DNA of 58,095 bases from a virus (taxonomy: Duplodnaviria; Caudoviricetes). Positions 29,564 through 39,590 of this stretch are shown piece by piece. The position numbers were made by a program, and so were the translations under genes. Under the pieces are notes generated by a model, which was not told the origin of the DNA, did no database searches, and worked only from the letters and a program-made list of their open reading frames with translations. The first letter of the stretch is position 1, and every line of letters begins with the position of its first letter. The stretch covers positions 1 through 58,095 of the IMG/VR virus record IMGVR_UViG_3300032213_001343, one strand, 5' to 3'.

Positions 29564-30498
29564 ATATTATTTAGTTTCGAAAGTACTAAGTCATCCCATC
29601 CGGTTTCTTTAGCTTCTTTCAATAGTTCATTTACTTTTTTAAATCCCATTTCACCAGCATCCTTATCAGTTGGTATAATGTTCCTAACTTTAATCCCATT
29701 CTTAATAAACCATTCAGTATGTTTAGTTGAATCATCTACGGCATCCGAATCTAGCATAATTGTTACTTCCTTAACTCCATTCTCCATAATTTTGTTTTTC
29801 AATTTACTAAGTAAGAATTTACCTAGCAACGGAATTACATTTCTCTTTACTGAAAATGAATCAAACACTCCCTCAACTAATGTGATGGGTTCTTTCCAAT
29901 TGATTTGATTTTCAAATACAATTACATCCCTACTAATAGGTGGATTCTTATATTTGTATGGTTCATCTTCATAAAAAGAACGAGCTACAAAATAATTAAG
30001 TTCTCCACCATCATCATAAGATGGAATTATTACCCTACCACCATACAATCCATCTTCACAATATCCAATATTATGTTTTACAATATCTGCTTTAGCAATA
30101 CCTCTTTTACTTAAGTAATGAATAGCCTGATTATATGATGGATTAAATGAACCGGTTGGTTTGAAATATAATTGTTTGAATTCTTTCGGTAATTGTAACT
30201 TAGCTACAAATTCCTCCTTTGAATCATATTCAGGTTCATCACCATAAACATCTTTAACCTTATTCAGGTCTCTTATATCCACATTGAGTTTGCGGAGTAG
30301 TGAATAGATACTTCTACCTTTGGAATCACATACCCAACAATGCCATCGTTGTGTATCTAAATTGATTTGGAGTTTCTTTTTATGGTGATTACAAAATGGA
30401 CAATGATGTGCCTGTTCATTCCCCTTTAGAGATGAACCCACACCAAGTGTAGAGTCTAATATTGTGATTATTTGTAATTTATTCCTACCAGATAGCAT
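29560..30498 (-). CDS. dnaG: DNA primase (zinc finger + TOPRIM; gp61/DnaG-like)
   Basis: CPFC..H...HCWVC, RVIIP, KYKNP, LVEGVFD and LDSDA. Confidence 0.9.
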   Translation of the reverse strand: MLSGRNKLQIITILDSTLGVGSSLKGNEQAHHCPFCNHHKKKLQINLDTQRWHCWVCDSKGRSIYSLLRKLNVDIRDLNKVKDVYGDEPEYDSKEEFVAKLQLPKEFKQLYFKPTGSFNPSYNQAIHYLSKRGIAKADIVKHNIGYCEDGLYGGRVIIPSYDDGGELNYFVARSFYEDEPYKYKNPPISRDVIVFENQINWKEPITLVEGVFDSFSVKRNVIPLLGKFLLSKLKNKIMENGVKEVTIMLDSDAVDDSTKHTEWFIKNGIKVRNIIPTDKDAGEMGFKKVNELLKEAKETGWDDLVLSKLNNI

Positions 30499-30517
30499 AG
30501 TTTGGATATTATTATCA

Positions 30518-30529
30518 CAAATATACGAA
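30518..30529 (-). promoter_or_regulatory. Bacteroidota-type -7 promoter element (TTCGTATATTTG)
   Basis: Third copy of the 12-mer, 19 nt upstream of the primase ATG. Confidence 0.7.
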
Positions 30530-30549
30530 AATTATCTGATATAACCTAA

Positions 30550-30750
30550 TTAATGGTTAGAATTCTTTACCTCATAAAGAAAATCTGCTAAAAATTGTAA
30601 TTTGTTAGCGATTTGTTCTCTTGGCATATTGTTTGCCACCATTCCTTTAAGGTCTACTAATGATGCTGCTGCTATTTGAAGTGCATCATCTTTTGCGTTT
30701 AAATAAGCTTCGGAGATTCCGAACTTCTTTGCGATTTGAGGTATTGTCAT
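30550..30750 (-). CDS. Small protein with possible N-terminal HTH
   Basis: MTIPQIAKKFGISEAYL resembles an HTH; packed 2 nt after the previous gene. Confidence 0.55.
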   Translation of the reverse strand: MTIPQIAKKFGISEAYLNAKDDALQIAAASLVDLKGMVANNMPREQIANKLQFLADFLYEVKNSNH

Positions 30751-30752
30751 AA

Positions 30753-31166
30753 CTATTGATTTAGTATATCCCTACGGAAAAATTTTCCCATAAGGTTTTC
30801 GTTTATTGCTTGTTCATTGGCAAGTACATCGTAATGAAACTGCCATTTAATTTCGTAATATGATAATGATTTTTTGGAAAAGCAAAACTGGATAATCTCT
30901 CTTTCAAAATCACCAGCTCTACCTTCTTTTACTTCGGATTTAATCCATTCGTTTGATGAATAGTATTTCTCCCAATCGGAAGCACTTCTAACAACTCTCT
31001 TTCTAGTCTTGCCCTTAAGGGGCTTCAATCTTCGAACTTGATTTAGGGACTTCTTCCCTATATAAAATCTACCAGTTGGTATATGTATCATTTTATAGAC
31101 AAACCCAACTGCACCTTCCGGTGTGTTTTCCTCCGTAACAATATTTCCATTAAATTTCCAGCTCAC
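30753..31166 (-). CDS. GIY-YIG family endonuclease (stand-alone domain)
   Basis: GFVYKM...GRFYIGKK, YYSSN, FEREII, E and N motifs; GTG start. Confidence 0.85.
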   Translation of the reverse strand: MSWKFNGNIVTEENTPEGAVGFVYKMIHIPTGRFYIGKKSLNQVRRLKPLKGKTRKRVVRSASDWEKYYSSNEWIKSEVKEGRAGDFEREIIQFCFSKKSLSYYEIKWQFHYDVLANEQAINENLMGKFFRRDILNQ

Positions 31167-31397
31167 TTATTTATTTTTTGCAGTATTAACCGAATCTGCG
31201 TATTTTTTAGATGGATTAAATCCCCCAGTTGTACCACCCAATTGTCCACCTCTTGGTTTTGATAAATCGGTTTTTATCAAATCTTTTGAGTTTTGAAATG
31301 GGAATTCTACACCAATAGGAGTCTTATCAATACCTTTTGTATTAGCTTGAGAATCTTTTGGCTTTTTAGTTAATAATAATTCTACTATTTTAGACAT
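31167..31397 (-). CDS. Small hypothetical protein
   Basis: 76-aa ORF with late-promoter motif at 31420-31427. Confidence 0.6.
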   Translation of the reverse strand: MSKIVELLLTKKPKDSQANTKGIDKTPIGVEFPFQNSKDLIKTDLSKPRGGQLGGTTGGFNPSKKYADSVNTAKNK

Positions 31398-31432
31398 TTT
31401 TCTTAGTTATTTAATTACCTATAAATATAACA

Positions 31433-32305
31433 TTATGTATCGAAACGAATAATAAAGTTTACTGGATAGTCTGGTAGTGACTTTATTGGTTGTGGTAATT
31501 TTGCTACAGCTACCATATTTAATTGCTCATCATATAACCCTATTGTTGTAATATATGGTGCTAAATAAGAACCAGTTGGGTCTATCGAACTACTATATTC
31601 ATAATCAGCAAATCCACCTGATTTATTAATATCAAGCGTAGATGGTATGTTATTTAACTTTATTTTACCAAAGTCATTTCCATTAAAATCAACGGCTGAA
31701 GGATTTTGTGATACATTAAATTCATTTTCTAAAACTGAAATAAACACTTCATTTTCAAATATAGTTTTTGTTGAACGATATCTTAAAGTAAATTGATTTA
31801 AAACAGAACCACTAACTACATCTTTGGTAATAACTACCAATCCCCTATCATAAAATACATTGCCTTTTATATTACTACCAGAATCTAATAAATTTGAATA
31901 TCCGTCATCTGTGTACGTTCTACCTAATGTTTCATCTTCCAATACCACAGTACCAACCTTCATACCCTCACCATAATATCTTTGTGGTACTGAAAACACC
32001 GCCATTTCATTTTCTAAAACTCTTTCATCGGTTGATGCATAGGATTTTCGCAACCCAACTTCTGTCAATACAGATGCTGTGGCTGGGTTTGTATAAAATT
32101 GTGCTTTTGTTGATTCGTATATTATTTTTTTAACAAAACCAATTCCATTTATATCGTATGTTTTTTCATCTGAATCAATATCGATAAACGTATTATTTGG
32201 ATTTTCTCCAAAAATAGGTTTAATATCATTTTCATCCAAAGTCCACTCTTTATAAACTTTGATTGGTCTTGTAATTATATCAGATTTAGGAATTTCTTTA
32301 ATCAT
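31433..32305 (-). CDS. Putative baseplate/tail structural protein, paralogous to 32387..33625
   Basis: GNVFYDRGLVVI and C-terminal YITTIGLYD..LNMVAVAKLPQPIK. Confidence 0.7.
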   Translation of the reverse strand: MIKEIPKSDIITRPIKVYKEWTLDENDIKPIFGENPNNTFIDIDSDEKTYDINGIGFVKKIIYESTKAQFYTNPATASVLTEVGLRKSYASTDERVLENEMAVFSVPQRYYGEGMKVGTVVLEDETLGRTYTDDGYSNLLDSGSNIKGNVFYDRGLVVITKDVVSGSVLNQFTLRYRSTKTIFENEVFISVLENEFNVSQNPSAVDFNGNDFGKIKLNNIPSTLDINKSGGFADYEYSSSIDPTGSYLAPYITTIGLYDEQLNMVAVAKLPQPIKSLPDYPVNFIIRFDT

Positions 32306-32342
32306 GTATTCTTCCGATTTGTATATAAATATTGGTTAAACT

Positions 32343-32363
32343 AAAAACCCCCTTTCGGGGGTT
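32343..32363 (-). terminator. Intrinsic terminator
   Basis: Minus strand AACCCCC-GAAA-GGGGGTT followed by TTT, downstream of the 32387 stop. Confidence 0.85.
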
Positions 32364-32386
32364 CTTATATTGTGTTTAATTTTTAA

Positions 32387-33625
32387 TTAGAATGATAATT
32401 TAACTTTAATAAGTACTTCCTTATCAAATGATTTTACAATTGGTTGGGATGTTTTAGCTACTGCAATCATTTCGTTTGAATCATTTAACAAACCTACAGT
32501 TGTAATGAAAGTTTGTGGGTCAGTTTCAAATGTACCTTCTACAAAGAATCCATTTGCATCTATGTAAGTAGGATTGTTAGAGTAGTTAAACTCTCTATTT
32601 GTTGCTCTTACAAAGAAGTGTTGAGTAGAAATGTTTTCAGTTCTACGTGCTTCAAAATCTCCACCTCTACGGATTGCCTGTAATAATCTATATTGATTAA
32701 ACATTTCAGCTCCAGTTGAATGAGAAGGAGCTACACTACCACTTTGAATAATTGCTCCATCTTTAGTATAGATTGTTTGGTTAGCAATAGCACCTAATGT
32801 AGCACCAATTGCTTCAGCGTTAAGAACTATAATACCTCTATCAGGATAAAATAATCCAAAGCCTTGTCCGTTTGATGAAGTTGTAGTATTAATTGTTGCT
32901 TGATTTTCAGTTCCTAAATTCAATGAACCAGAAACAACTTTAAATGTTCTACCACTTAAACCTAAATCATCTCCAAATTTCTTACCACTATTATCAATAA
33001 AAGTAAATGTACCATTACCAGCCGTTAATTTTAATGACCAGTTACCAGCATCCATTTTCTCTCTATATCTACTTCTAGCCACATTGATTATGTAAACAGC
33101 GTTACAATCTTCCAATGTACCAGCTGAATTTTCAAATGAGAATTTAGTATCGGTTGGGTCTAACAACATTGCTCTATATTGAGCGTAAGTTGCTTTAGTT
33201 GCAAGAAGTGCTGAATCATTAACATCCAATGTCATAGAACCACTTCCATGAACATGTCCATACGCTATAGCAAATTGTACTTCAGCGGTATCAGAAAATG
33301 TTACTGGATTGTAATCATAAACATTTGCATAATAGTATCCGCTTGTTGCGGTAGTTTGTGCAGATGCTGTAAAAAATTGTGCTAATGAACCAGAATCACC
33401 TGTCCATAATCCGGTAGTAACTACTTCAGTTTTTGCATTAACTTTATCAAAATCACCAAATCTTTTATAGATACCAGTAGTTATACCACTTGTGTTTGAA
33501 GCGATTTGTTGGCCAGCTGGTAGTACGCTATTTAAAATAGATACGATTTGGTTTGTATCAACCGTACCAGAGTTTGCTAATGCTGCTATCTGGGCGGTTA
33601 CGTTTGGGTCATTTATTAGTGCCAT
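32387..33625 (-). CDS. Putative baseplate/tail structural protein
   Basis: GLFYPDRGIIVL and C-terminal FITTVGLLND..EMIAVAKTSQPIVK, similar to tail-collar/fibre attachment domains. Confidence 0.7.
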   Translation of the reverse strand: MALINDPNVTAQIAALANSGTVDTNQIVSILNSVLPAGQQIASNTSGITTGIYKRFGDFDKVNAKTEVVTTGLWTGDSGSLAQFFTASAQTTATSGYYYANVYDYNPVTFSDTAEVQFAIAYGHVHGSGSMTLDVNDSALLATKATYAQYRAMLLDPTDTKFSFENSAGTLEDCNAVYIINVARSRYREKMDAGNWSLKLTAGNGTFTFIDNSGKKFGDDLGLSGRTFKVVSGSLNLGTENQATINTTTSSNGQGFGLFYPDRGIIVLNAEAIGATLGAIANQTIYTKDGAIIQSGSVAPSHSTGAEMFNQYRLLQAIRRGGDFEARRTENISTQHFFVRATNREFNYSNNPTYIDANGFFVEGTFETDPQTFITTVGLLNDSNEMIAVAKTSQPIVKSFDKEVLIKVKLSF

Positions 33626-33638
33626 TATTTATTTCTTT

Positions 33639-34262
33639 TTAAGCTTTATAAGTTACAGTTACAGGTATAGTTTGAGAACCTCCAGTTTCATTACCATAAA
33701 CTGTCAATGTAGTTGATACATCAATTGTTAAATTTGGATTTGGTGTGAAACGGAATTCTAAACCACTAACCACCTGTGCGGTTGTTGTAATTTCCTCTCC
33801 TAAGAAAACAGGAACACTACCAACTGCAGATGCGCCTCTAGTAACTGTCAATGTACCAGCTCTTTGGTCTGTTAATACTACAGTGTATCCAGCACTTGCG
33901 TTTCCAGCAGGAGATGTAGTTGGTGTTAATCCAACACCACCTTCTAATTGATTTACAGCGATTGAAGGTACACCCAATCTTACAGTTGGGATTTGAGTTG
34001 TTCCTTTTGGAAGAGTCACTAATTTATATCTCAATATTTGAGTTTCATCAGGTGATGCTTCAGTTACAGGAATTGCTCTAATTGCTGAATCGTAATAAGC
34101 CGAACCTTTTGGGTGTGCGGGCTCATATAATGTATAATCAATCTCATCATCACCCAAAGCGAACTTTGAAATGTTTAAAGATTGACCAGATGCTAATTTT
34201 TGTCTTCCTTTTTTGGTAAGAATTGCATCTACTGTTATTTCGGTATTATCTAAATATGCCAT
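33639..34262 (-). CDS. Putative baseplate/tail structural protein
   Basis: AILTKKGRQKLASG...ISKFALGDDEIDY resembles the N-terminus of tail-collar fibre proteins; Thr/Val-rich Ig-like C-terminus. Confidence 0.7.
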   Translation of the reverse strand: MAYLDNTEITVDAILTKKGRQKLASGQSLNISKFALGDDEIDYTLYEPAHPKGSAYYDSAIRAIPVTEASPDETQILRYKLVTLPKGTTQIPTVRLGVPSIAVNQLEGGVGLTPTTSPAGNASAGYTVVLTDQRAGTLTVTRGASAVGSVPVFLGEEITTTAQVVSGLEFRFTPNPNLTIDVSTTLTVYGNETGGSQTIPVTVTYKA

Positions 34263-34325
34263 TTGATATTGTTTTTTTAATTCTTTTATTATCTAAAATA
34301 AATATAACCATTTAATATTTTCAAA

Positions 34326-37300
34326 TTAATCTACTTCAAGTATTGGTTCACCACTACCTCTACCTGTCTTAGCCACTCTAAGAATGTTAGGATTAGTTGT
34401 AAATGTTTCAACCGCAGGTAATCCATCTGGTGTAGTTAGTACCCCATTAATTATTCCTTGCTTAGAACCTTTCCAAAATGAACGTTGTAATCCTTCACCC
34501 AATCCATTAGTAAATTTATAGTGAGTTGGTAAATAACCGTTAATCGCTGTAACCTCTACTACATCATTTCCTAATGCTATACTACCACTAAAAGGTAATA
34601 ACGATACATAGTATTTATCTTCAAATGTAGTTATTGTAGTATATTTAATAGGGCCTGACGTTGTTGCTGGATATCCACCTGTTTGAGTTTTTTTCTTTTT
34701 AGGTTTAGATTCTTTTACTAAGAATGCACTAATTCTACTACCGGTTGTTTCTAAATTTCCAAATACATCATCAAACCTTCTATAAATAGAATTTCCTCTC
34801 TTAGCATATAAACCATATCCTAAGTTTGCTAATGAATTTTTATCCATACCAATTTGAGTAGATGAAAACGAATCAACTTCACCATATAAACTAGCACCAG
34901 TAGGACATTCTATATTTACAGAACCTTGTGCTGGGTATGTAGGGTATTCCGTATCTAATATATCCACAAAATTATAATCTATTGTAGATTCATAGGTTGG
35001 GTTTGTACTTTCTATTACAATTCCAGTATTTGCATCAACAACACCATCGTAATTATTTAAATTACTTTCTAATGTTGCTATTTCTTGTGCGTTTAATTCA
35101 CCTTCATTATAATCGAAAGTAGAATCTATTGCAACATCATCAAATGTTGATATAGTTGTATCAAAATCATTTCTTTCAGATTCAGGTTTTGTCCACTTAA
35201 TTTTACTTCTTTCCAAATAATGTGGTTCAATCAATAAACCTTTTGATACTTTTGCTCTAGCAGGTGCTAAATCATCTAATACATCAAAAAGAGATTTATC
35301 AATATATCTTACTAACTGAATGTATTCGTAGATATTTCTATCAAGTCTTTCAAAATAATAATTTCTTAAAACACTTAATTGTTTGTAATTGTCTTTATAT
35401 TCATCCGATGGGTCTCCAATGTAGTTATCAATATTAAAATCACCAAATGCTTTTAAGATATCCATATTCAACTCCTTAATTGGAGAGAAGAATAATCCTA
35501 AACGATTTGAATCTATTGGAGCTCTATCAAATGATTTTTTAGTTGCTCTAGTTTTATATGAAAGGTCACCAATTAAAGTTTGTTCTTCAAAACGAATTTT
35601 ATTAGAAGCATTAAATCCTAAAGATGGAACAGTAGCTGTTACAGTTCTATCGTATGGTGTATATTGATAAGGATATGCAGACGCCGAATACATATTACTT
35701 GCAGATGCAAATGGTTCTGCATAGCTTTCATTTATAGCAACGTTTTTAATAAACGAATCTTTAGTTCTATCTTTTGGATATTCAAAATCTAAACGGAATA
35801 ATAAATCTGTTGTTGATGCTGTATATGAATTACCATTAATTGCGTCTGGAAATAATGTATGGTTTTCAAACTTACTTCTTTGTAATGGAACAGTCCATAA
35901 ACGAACTTCATCAACATTACCTTCAAATCCATTTCCACCAATTTGTAAAGATGAACCAGTTTCCCATTGGTTGTCGGATGTCAGTAATGACATACTAAGA
36001 AATGTATTTATTCTAATACCATCGGATGTTGCAAACCAAACTTCATATTGTGATTCAGAACCACCATAGTTGTATCTATTTATAGAAATGTTTGTATAGT
36101 TCTCTAATGATAATGGGATATTAATACTTCCTGTTTTAAATTCAGGCCCATATACATAATCAATTGAAGTTTCAATATATGGAGTACCAACCCCAGTTGT
36201 CATAAAGTAACTACTTTGAGCAACATCACCACCAAAGTTTAATTCTAATGAAGCAAACGAGCCAGTAGTTCTAACCAAATCTACCTTCCATTCACTTCCA
36301 GAAATTATAGTATAAGATGTTTCAGGTAGTTTTGCAGGCTTTATTCTAAATTCAACACAAGCTGGGTAGTTACCAGTTGTTGGTGCTACTTTCCAAGGTA
36401 CTTTAATATTTGAACTACCATTTTGATTTAAACTACCTGTCAAATAAATTGCAGCTGTTCTATCATCAAATGTAAATTTAGTAGTTGCATCGTTTGTTGG
36501 GTCTTGTGGCCCTCCAAATTCCATTATAGTCAACATAGATTGGGGAACACCATAACAAGCCATTACAGCTTTCATAGCTCTACCAGTTCCTTTATGTTTT
36601 AATAGGTATGGTAAGTTATTTAAGATTCTTCTCCAAATTTGATTGTTTGCCTCATCAAGAGGCATAGAATATATTTGATATCCTTCTCGATTCGTACCAT
36701 ATACATGCTCCCATAGGAAGTTGGAATTAAATGCTCGTTTGGTATCCCATCCTAATGATTGTAGTATAGGACCAACAACAGTATTTATTATATTTTTTGA
36801 TTGAGCTTCTCCTATTTTTTTATTATCTCTTATAGAATTTATATAGGTCCAAATAATATCAAAATGCTGGCCTATCATATCCAAAAATACAATAAAATCA
36901 TTGTTATCATAATCTTCCTGAATAAACAATGGAAGATTATTTACTAAATAATTTGTATTGTACTTATCATAATATTCAGATGCCGCTACAATAGAATTAT
37001 ACCATATTGTTGCTTCTGATGTGTTCGTAAGATAATTTACTTTTCTTGTAATACCATCTTGAAAAGTATTATCAAACTTAGGATATGCTAATTCATTTGT
37101 TGATGTGTATAGGTACTTTTCAAAACCATCAAAGTTTTGAATTATATTATTAATTTTATTAAGTAATACACCAGATTCATCAATAGGATATTGTCCGTAT
37201 TTGATTGCAACTTCAAATTCCAAATCCAAAGAGTCTTCAGTATTTAGTATTTCGTTACCATCTATTTCTGGTGTGAATATGCCTTGAGCATCTTCTGTTA

Positions 37301-39575
37301 GTACATATCCAACATTAAAAGTTTGTTCTGATATTGCTTGGTATTCTTGAATATATTTTTCAAGTATGCCAAGTTTATAGAGGAAGTTATTTACTCTTTC
37401 CTCAGCCGAACCAAAATTTACAAAATTTTCCCAACTATATTCAGAATCTTTAACATATTCTATATTTAATTTACTTGTATCTATACCTTTTGATTGAGCG
37501 TACTTATTGATTAGTAAATTAGATGAATAAGAACCACTTGATATTAAATCATCAAATACCTGATAACCAATACCATTATCAACCTCTAATCCAAAATTAG
37601 GTCCTTTTAATGGAGGACAATCTTGTGTAGTATCTCCAACTAAACGTATAGTATCAATAATCGGATTGGCTAATATTTTAGAAATCCAAACTTGTTGATT
37701 ATCCTGTACGGATGTTGGTAATGGTTCGTATAATTTTAATATTAATGAATTTTGGCTACCAGTCCAAGTTGTAATTAATTTATTATCACCTTCACCAAAA
37801 TGTAAAAGATGAGTTAAATATTTTGAAGGACTATCTCTTAATAAACTTCTATCAAATTGATTTATAAATCCTTCAGCTATTCTATTAATAGCAACATTTC
37901 TTGGAATTGTATAATTACTTTTTACAAATTTAATTGTAAGAAATTCCTCTTTACCACTAATAGTTTCAATACCACTAATGTTATATGGTATTAATTTTAA
38001 ATTAAATACAATATTATTATTATCTTCGGCTAAATTATCACCCGATAACTCTATTAATTTTTTTACATTTAACGATACATTTCCGTTAGATGGTAATTGA
38101 GTGAAATTAGTTCCATTATATAATCTAACATAATCCGTATTAACGGAATCGTATGATATTTTGAAATTAACATCAGTTCCTACAAAATCTGGTCCAAATA
38201 ATTCAGATGGATATGCTATATTTCTTATATCAGGTATACCAACATAAACCTCATTAACTACATTTAATACAAATTCAATAGGATTTCCATCAGATGCGGT
38301 TTGGCCCGATAATAATGATGCTCCTATTTTTTTTGTAGTTGAAGGCACCAATACTACTTTATAGTTTCCTATTTTAGTAATGGCAGCTGCAGGTATTGCT
38401 ACAATAGCTGAATTAGTACCATCGATTAAATTAGTATATTTGTAAACACTCTCTCCTATATAAATTGCTATATCCGATACTGCTCCATTTTTAGATACAC
38501 CAATAGGAATATCCAATTTTTCGTTTATATTGTATTTTTTAACACCTTCTTTATTTATAAAATCAATAGATGGTAGAATTTTTGTACTAATTGCAGCCTC
38601 TGTTGTTATTGATATTTTTTTATTTGAATCGGCTTCAAAACTTAAAAACACACTAGAATTCCTAATTACATTTCCTAAAAGATTGTTGCCCTGTGTTGGA
38701 AGTATTTCTTCGGTATTACCATTTGCGTTTGTTACTAATATCTTTGATATTACATAATTTGTCAAATCAGCAGATGAAATAGCTATATTAGTTCCAACTT
38801 TTTCAGTATAAGTGTATATTTGTTGTGTTGATAATGTATCGCTTAATGTACCATTTGTGTATAGAACAGAATCCCCCACACCACTTACTTCAATTGTAAT
38901 GGTTACGTTTTCATCAGATACCGGTGTATCTACAACAACATTAGATTTTTCTAAATTAAATGCAACATCAATTATTTGACTAGATGCATTGTATGGAAAA
39001 CTTTGTATTACATCATCTTTATAATATTCTACAATTACTTCAAATGGTGGAGTATTTGTGTATATTGGTTCATTATTACCAACCAATGGTTCATTGTAAT
39101 TTGGTAATAATCTATTTTGATATCCAATTAAACTATCTCCTAAATTTATATTAAAGTTTAAATTGCTAAAATTAAAATTTAAATTTGGTACAGCTCTAAA
39201 TATATATTTTTCGTTTGATTTAAATCCCGTTTTGTCAACAGTAATAGTTTTACTTCCAAATTTTAATAAATCATTTAATGATACATCTAATTTATCTGTT
39301 GTTGTTTTGAATGTATTTTCTGCATTTACATATATCTGAGCTTCAGTATTTGCTTTAATATTTACTATTAAATTGGTATTTGCATTTATAGTACCATAGG
39401 CATTTGGATTTGTTGTAATAGGAATTATTACATCATTTGGGGTTGATACAACACCACCACCCCCACCACCACCAAAGGACACGGATGAATCACTAATACT
39501 ATTAAGTACACTTGCAGGGTTTGTTCCCTCTAACGAAAAATCATCCCCGAATATTCCATAATTTGCTTCTGCCAT
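34326..39575 (-). CDS. Large baseplate wedge/structural protein with LamG-like domain
   Basis: 1749 aa. YLLKHKGTGRAMKAVMACYG resembles P2 gpI/gp7-like wedge motifs; FEGNVDEVRLWTVPL is LamG-like. Confidence 0.7.
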   Translation of the reverse strand: MAEANYGIFGDDFSLEGTNPASVLNSISDSSVSFGGGGGGGVVSTPNDVIIPITTNPNAYGTINANTNLIVNIKANTEAQIYVNAENTFKTTTDKLDVSLNDLLKFGSKTITVDKTGFKSNEKYIFRAVPNLNFNFSNLNFNINLGDSLIGYQNRLLPNYNEPLVGNNEPIYTNTPPFEVIVEYYKDDVIQSFPYNASSQIIDVAFNLEKSNVVVDTPVSDENVTITIEVSGVGDSVLYTNGTLSDTLSTQQIYTYTEKVGTNIAISSADLTNYVISKILVTNANGNTEEILPTQGNNLLGNVIRNSSVFLSFEADSNKKISITTEAAISTKILPSIDFINKEGVKKYNINEKLDIPIGVSKNGAVSDIAIYIGESVYKYTNLIDGTNSAIVAIPAAAITKIGNYKVVLVPSTTKKIGASLLSGQTASDGNPIEFVLNVVNEVYVGIPDIRNIAYPSELFGPDFVGTDVNFKISYDSVNTDYVRLYNGTNFTQLPSNGNVSLNVKKLIELSGDNLAEDNNNIVFNLKLIPYNISGIETISGKEEFLTIKFVKSNYTIPRNVAINRIAEGFINQFDRSLLRDSPSKYLTHLLHFGEGDNKLITTWTGSQNSLILKLYEPLPTSVQDNQQVWISKILANPIIDTIRLVGDTTQDCPPLKGPNFGLEVDNGIGYQVFDDLISSGSYSSNLLINKYAQSKGIDTSKLNIEYVKDSEYSWENFVNFGSAEERVNNFLYKLGILEKYIQEYQAISEQTFNVGYVLTEDAQGIFTPEIDGNEILNTEDSLDLEFEVAIKYGQYPIDESGVLLNKINNIIQNFDGFEKYLYTSTNELAYPKFDNTFQDGITRKVNYLTNTSEATIWYNSIVAASEYYDKYNTNYLVNNLPLFIQEDYDNNDFIVFLDMIGQHFDIIWTYINSIRDNKKIGEAQSKNIINTVVGPILQSLGWDTKRAFNSNFLWEHVYGTNREGYQIYSMPLDEANNQIWRRILNNLPYLLKHKGTGRAMKAVMACYGVPQSMLTIMEFGGPQDPTNDATTKFTFDDRTAAIYLTGSLNQNGSSNIKVPWKVAPTTGNYPACVEFRIKPAKLPETSYTIISGSEWKVDLVRTTGSFASLELNFGGDVAQSSYFMTTGVGTPYIETSIDYVYGPEFKTGSINIPLSLENYTNISINRYNYGGSESQYEVWFATSDGIRINTFLSMSLLTSDNQWETGSSLQIGGNGFEGNVDEVRLWTVPLQRSKFENHTLFPDAINGNSYTASTTDLLFRLDFEYPKDRTKDSFIKNVAINESYAEPFASASNMYSASAYPYQYTPYDRTVTATVPSLGFNASNKIRFEEQTLIGDLSYKTRATKKSFDRAPIDSNRLGLFFSPIKELNMDILKAFGDFNIDNYIGDPSDEYKDNYKQLSVLRNYYFERLDRNIYEYIQLVRYIDKSLFDVLDDLAPARAKVSKGLLIEPHYLERSKIKWTKPESERNDFDTTISTFDDVAIDSTFDYNEGELNAQEIATLESNLNNYDGVVDANTGIVIESTNPTYESTIDYNFVDILDTEYPTYPAQGSVNIECPTGASLYGEVDSFSSTQIGMDKNSLANLGYGLYAKRGNSIYRRFDDVFGNLETTGSRISAFLVKESKPKKKKTQTGGYPATTSGPIKYTTITTFEDKYYVSLLPFSGSIALGNDVVEVTAINGYLPTHYKFTNGLGEGLQRSFWKGSKQGIINGVLTTPDGLPAVETFTTNPNILRVAKTGRGSGEPILEVD

Positions 39576-39590
39576 TACTTAATAAATATT

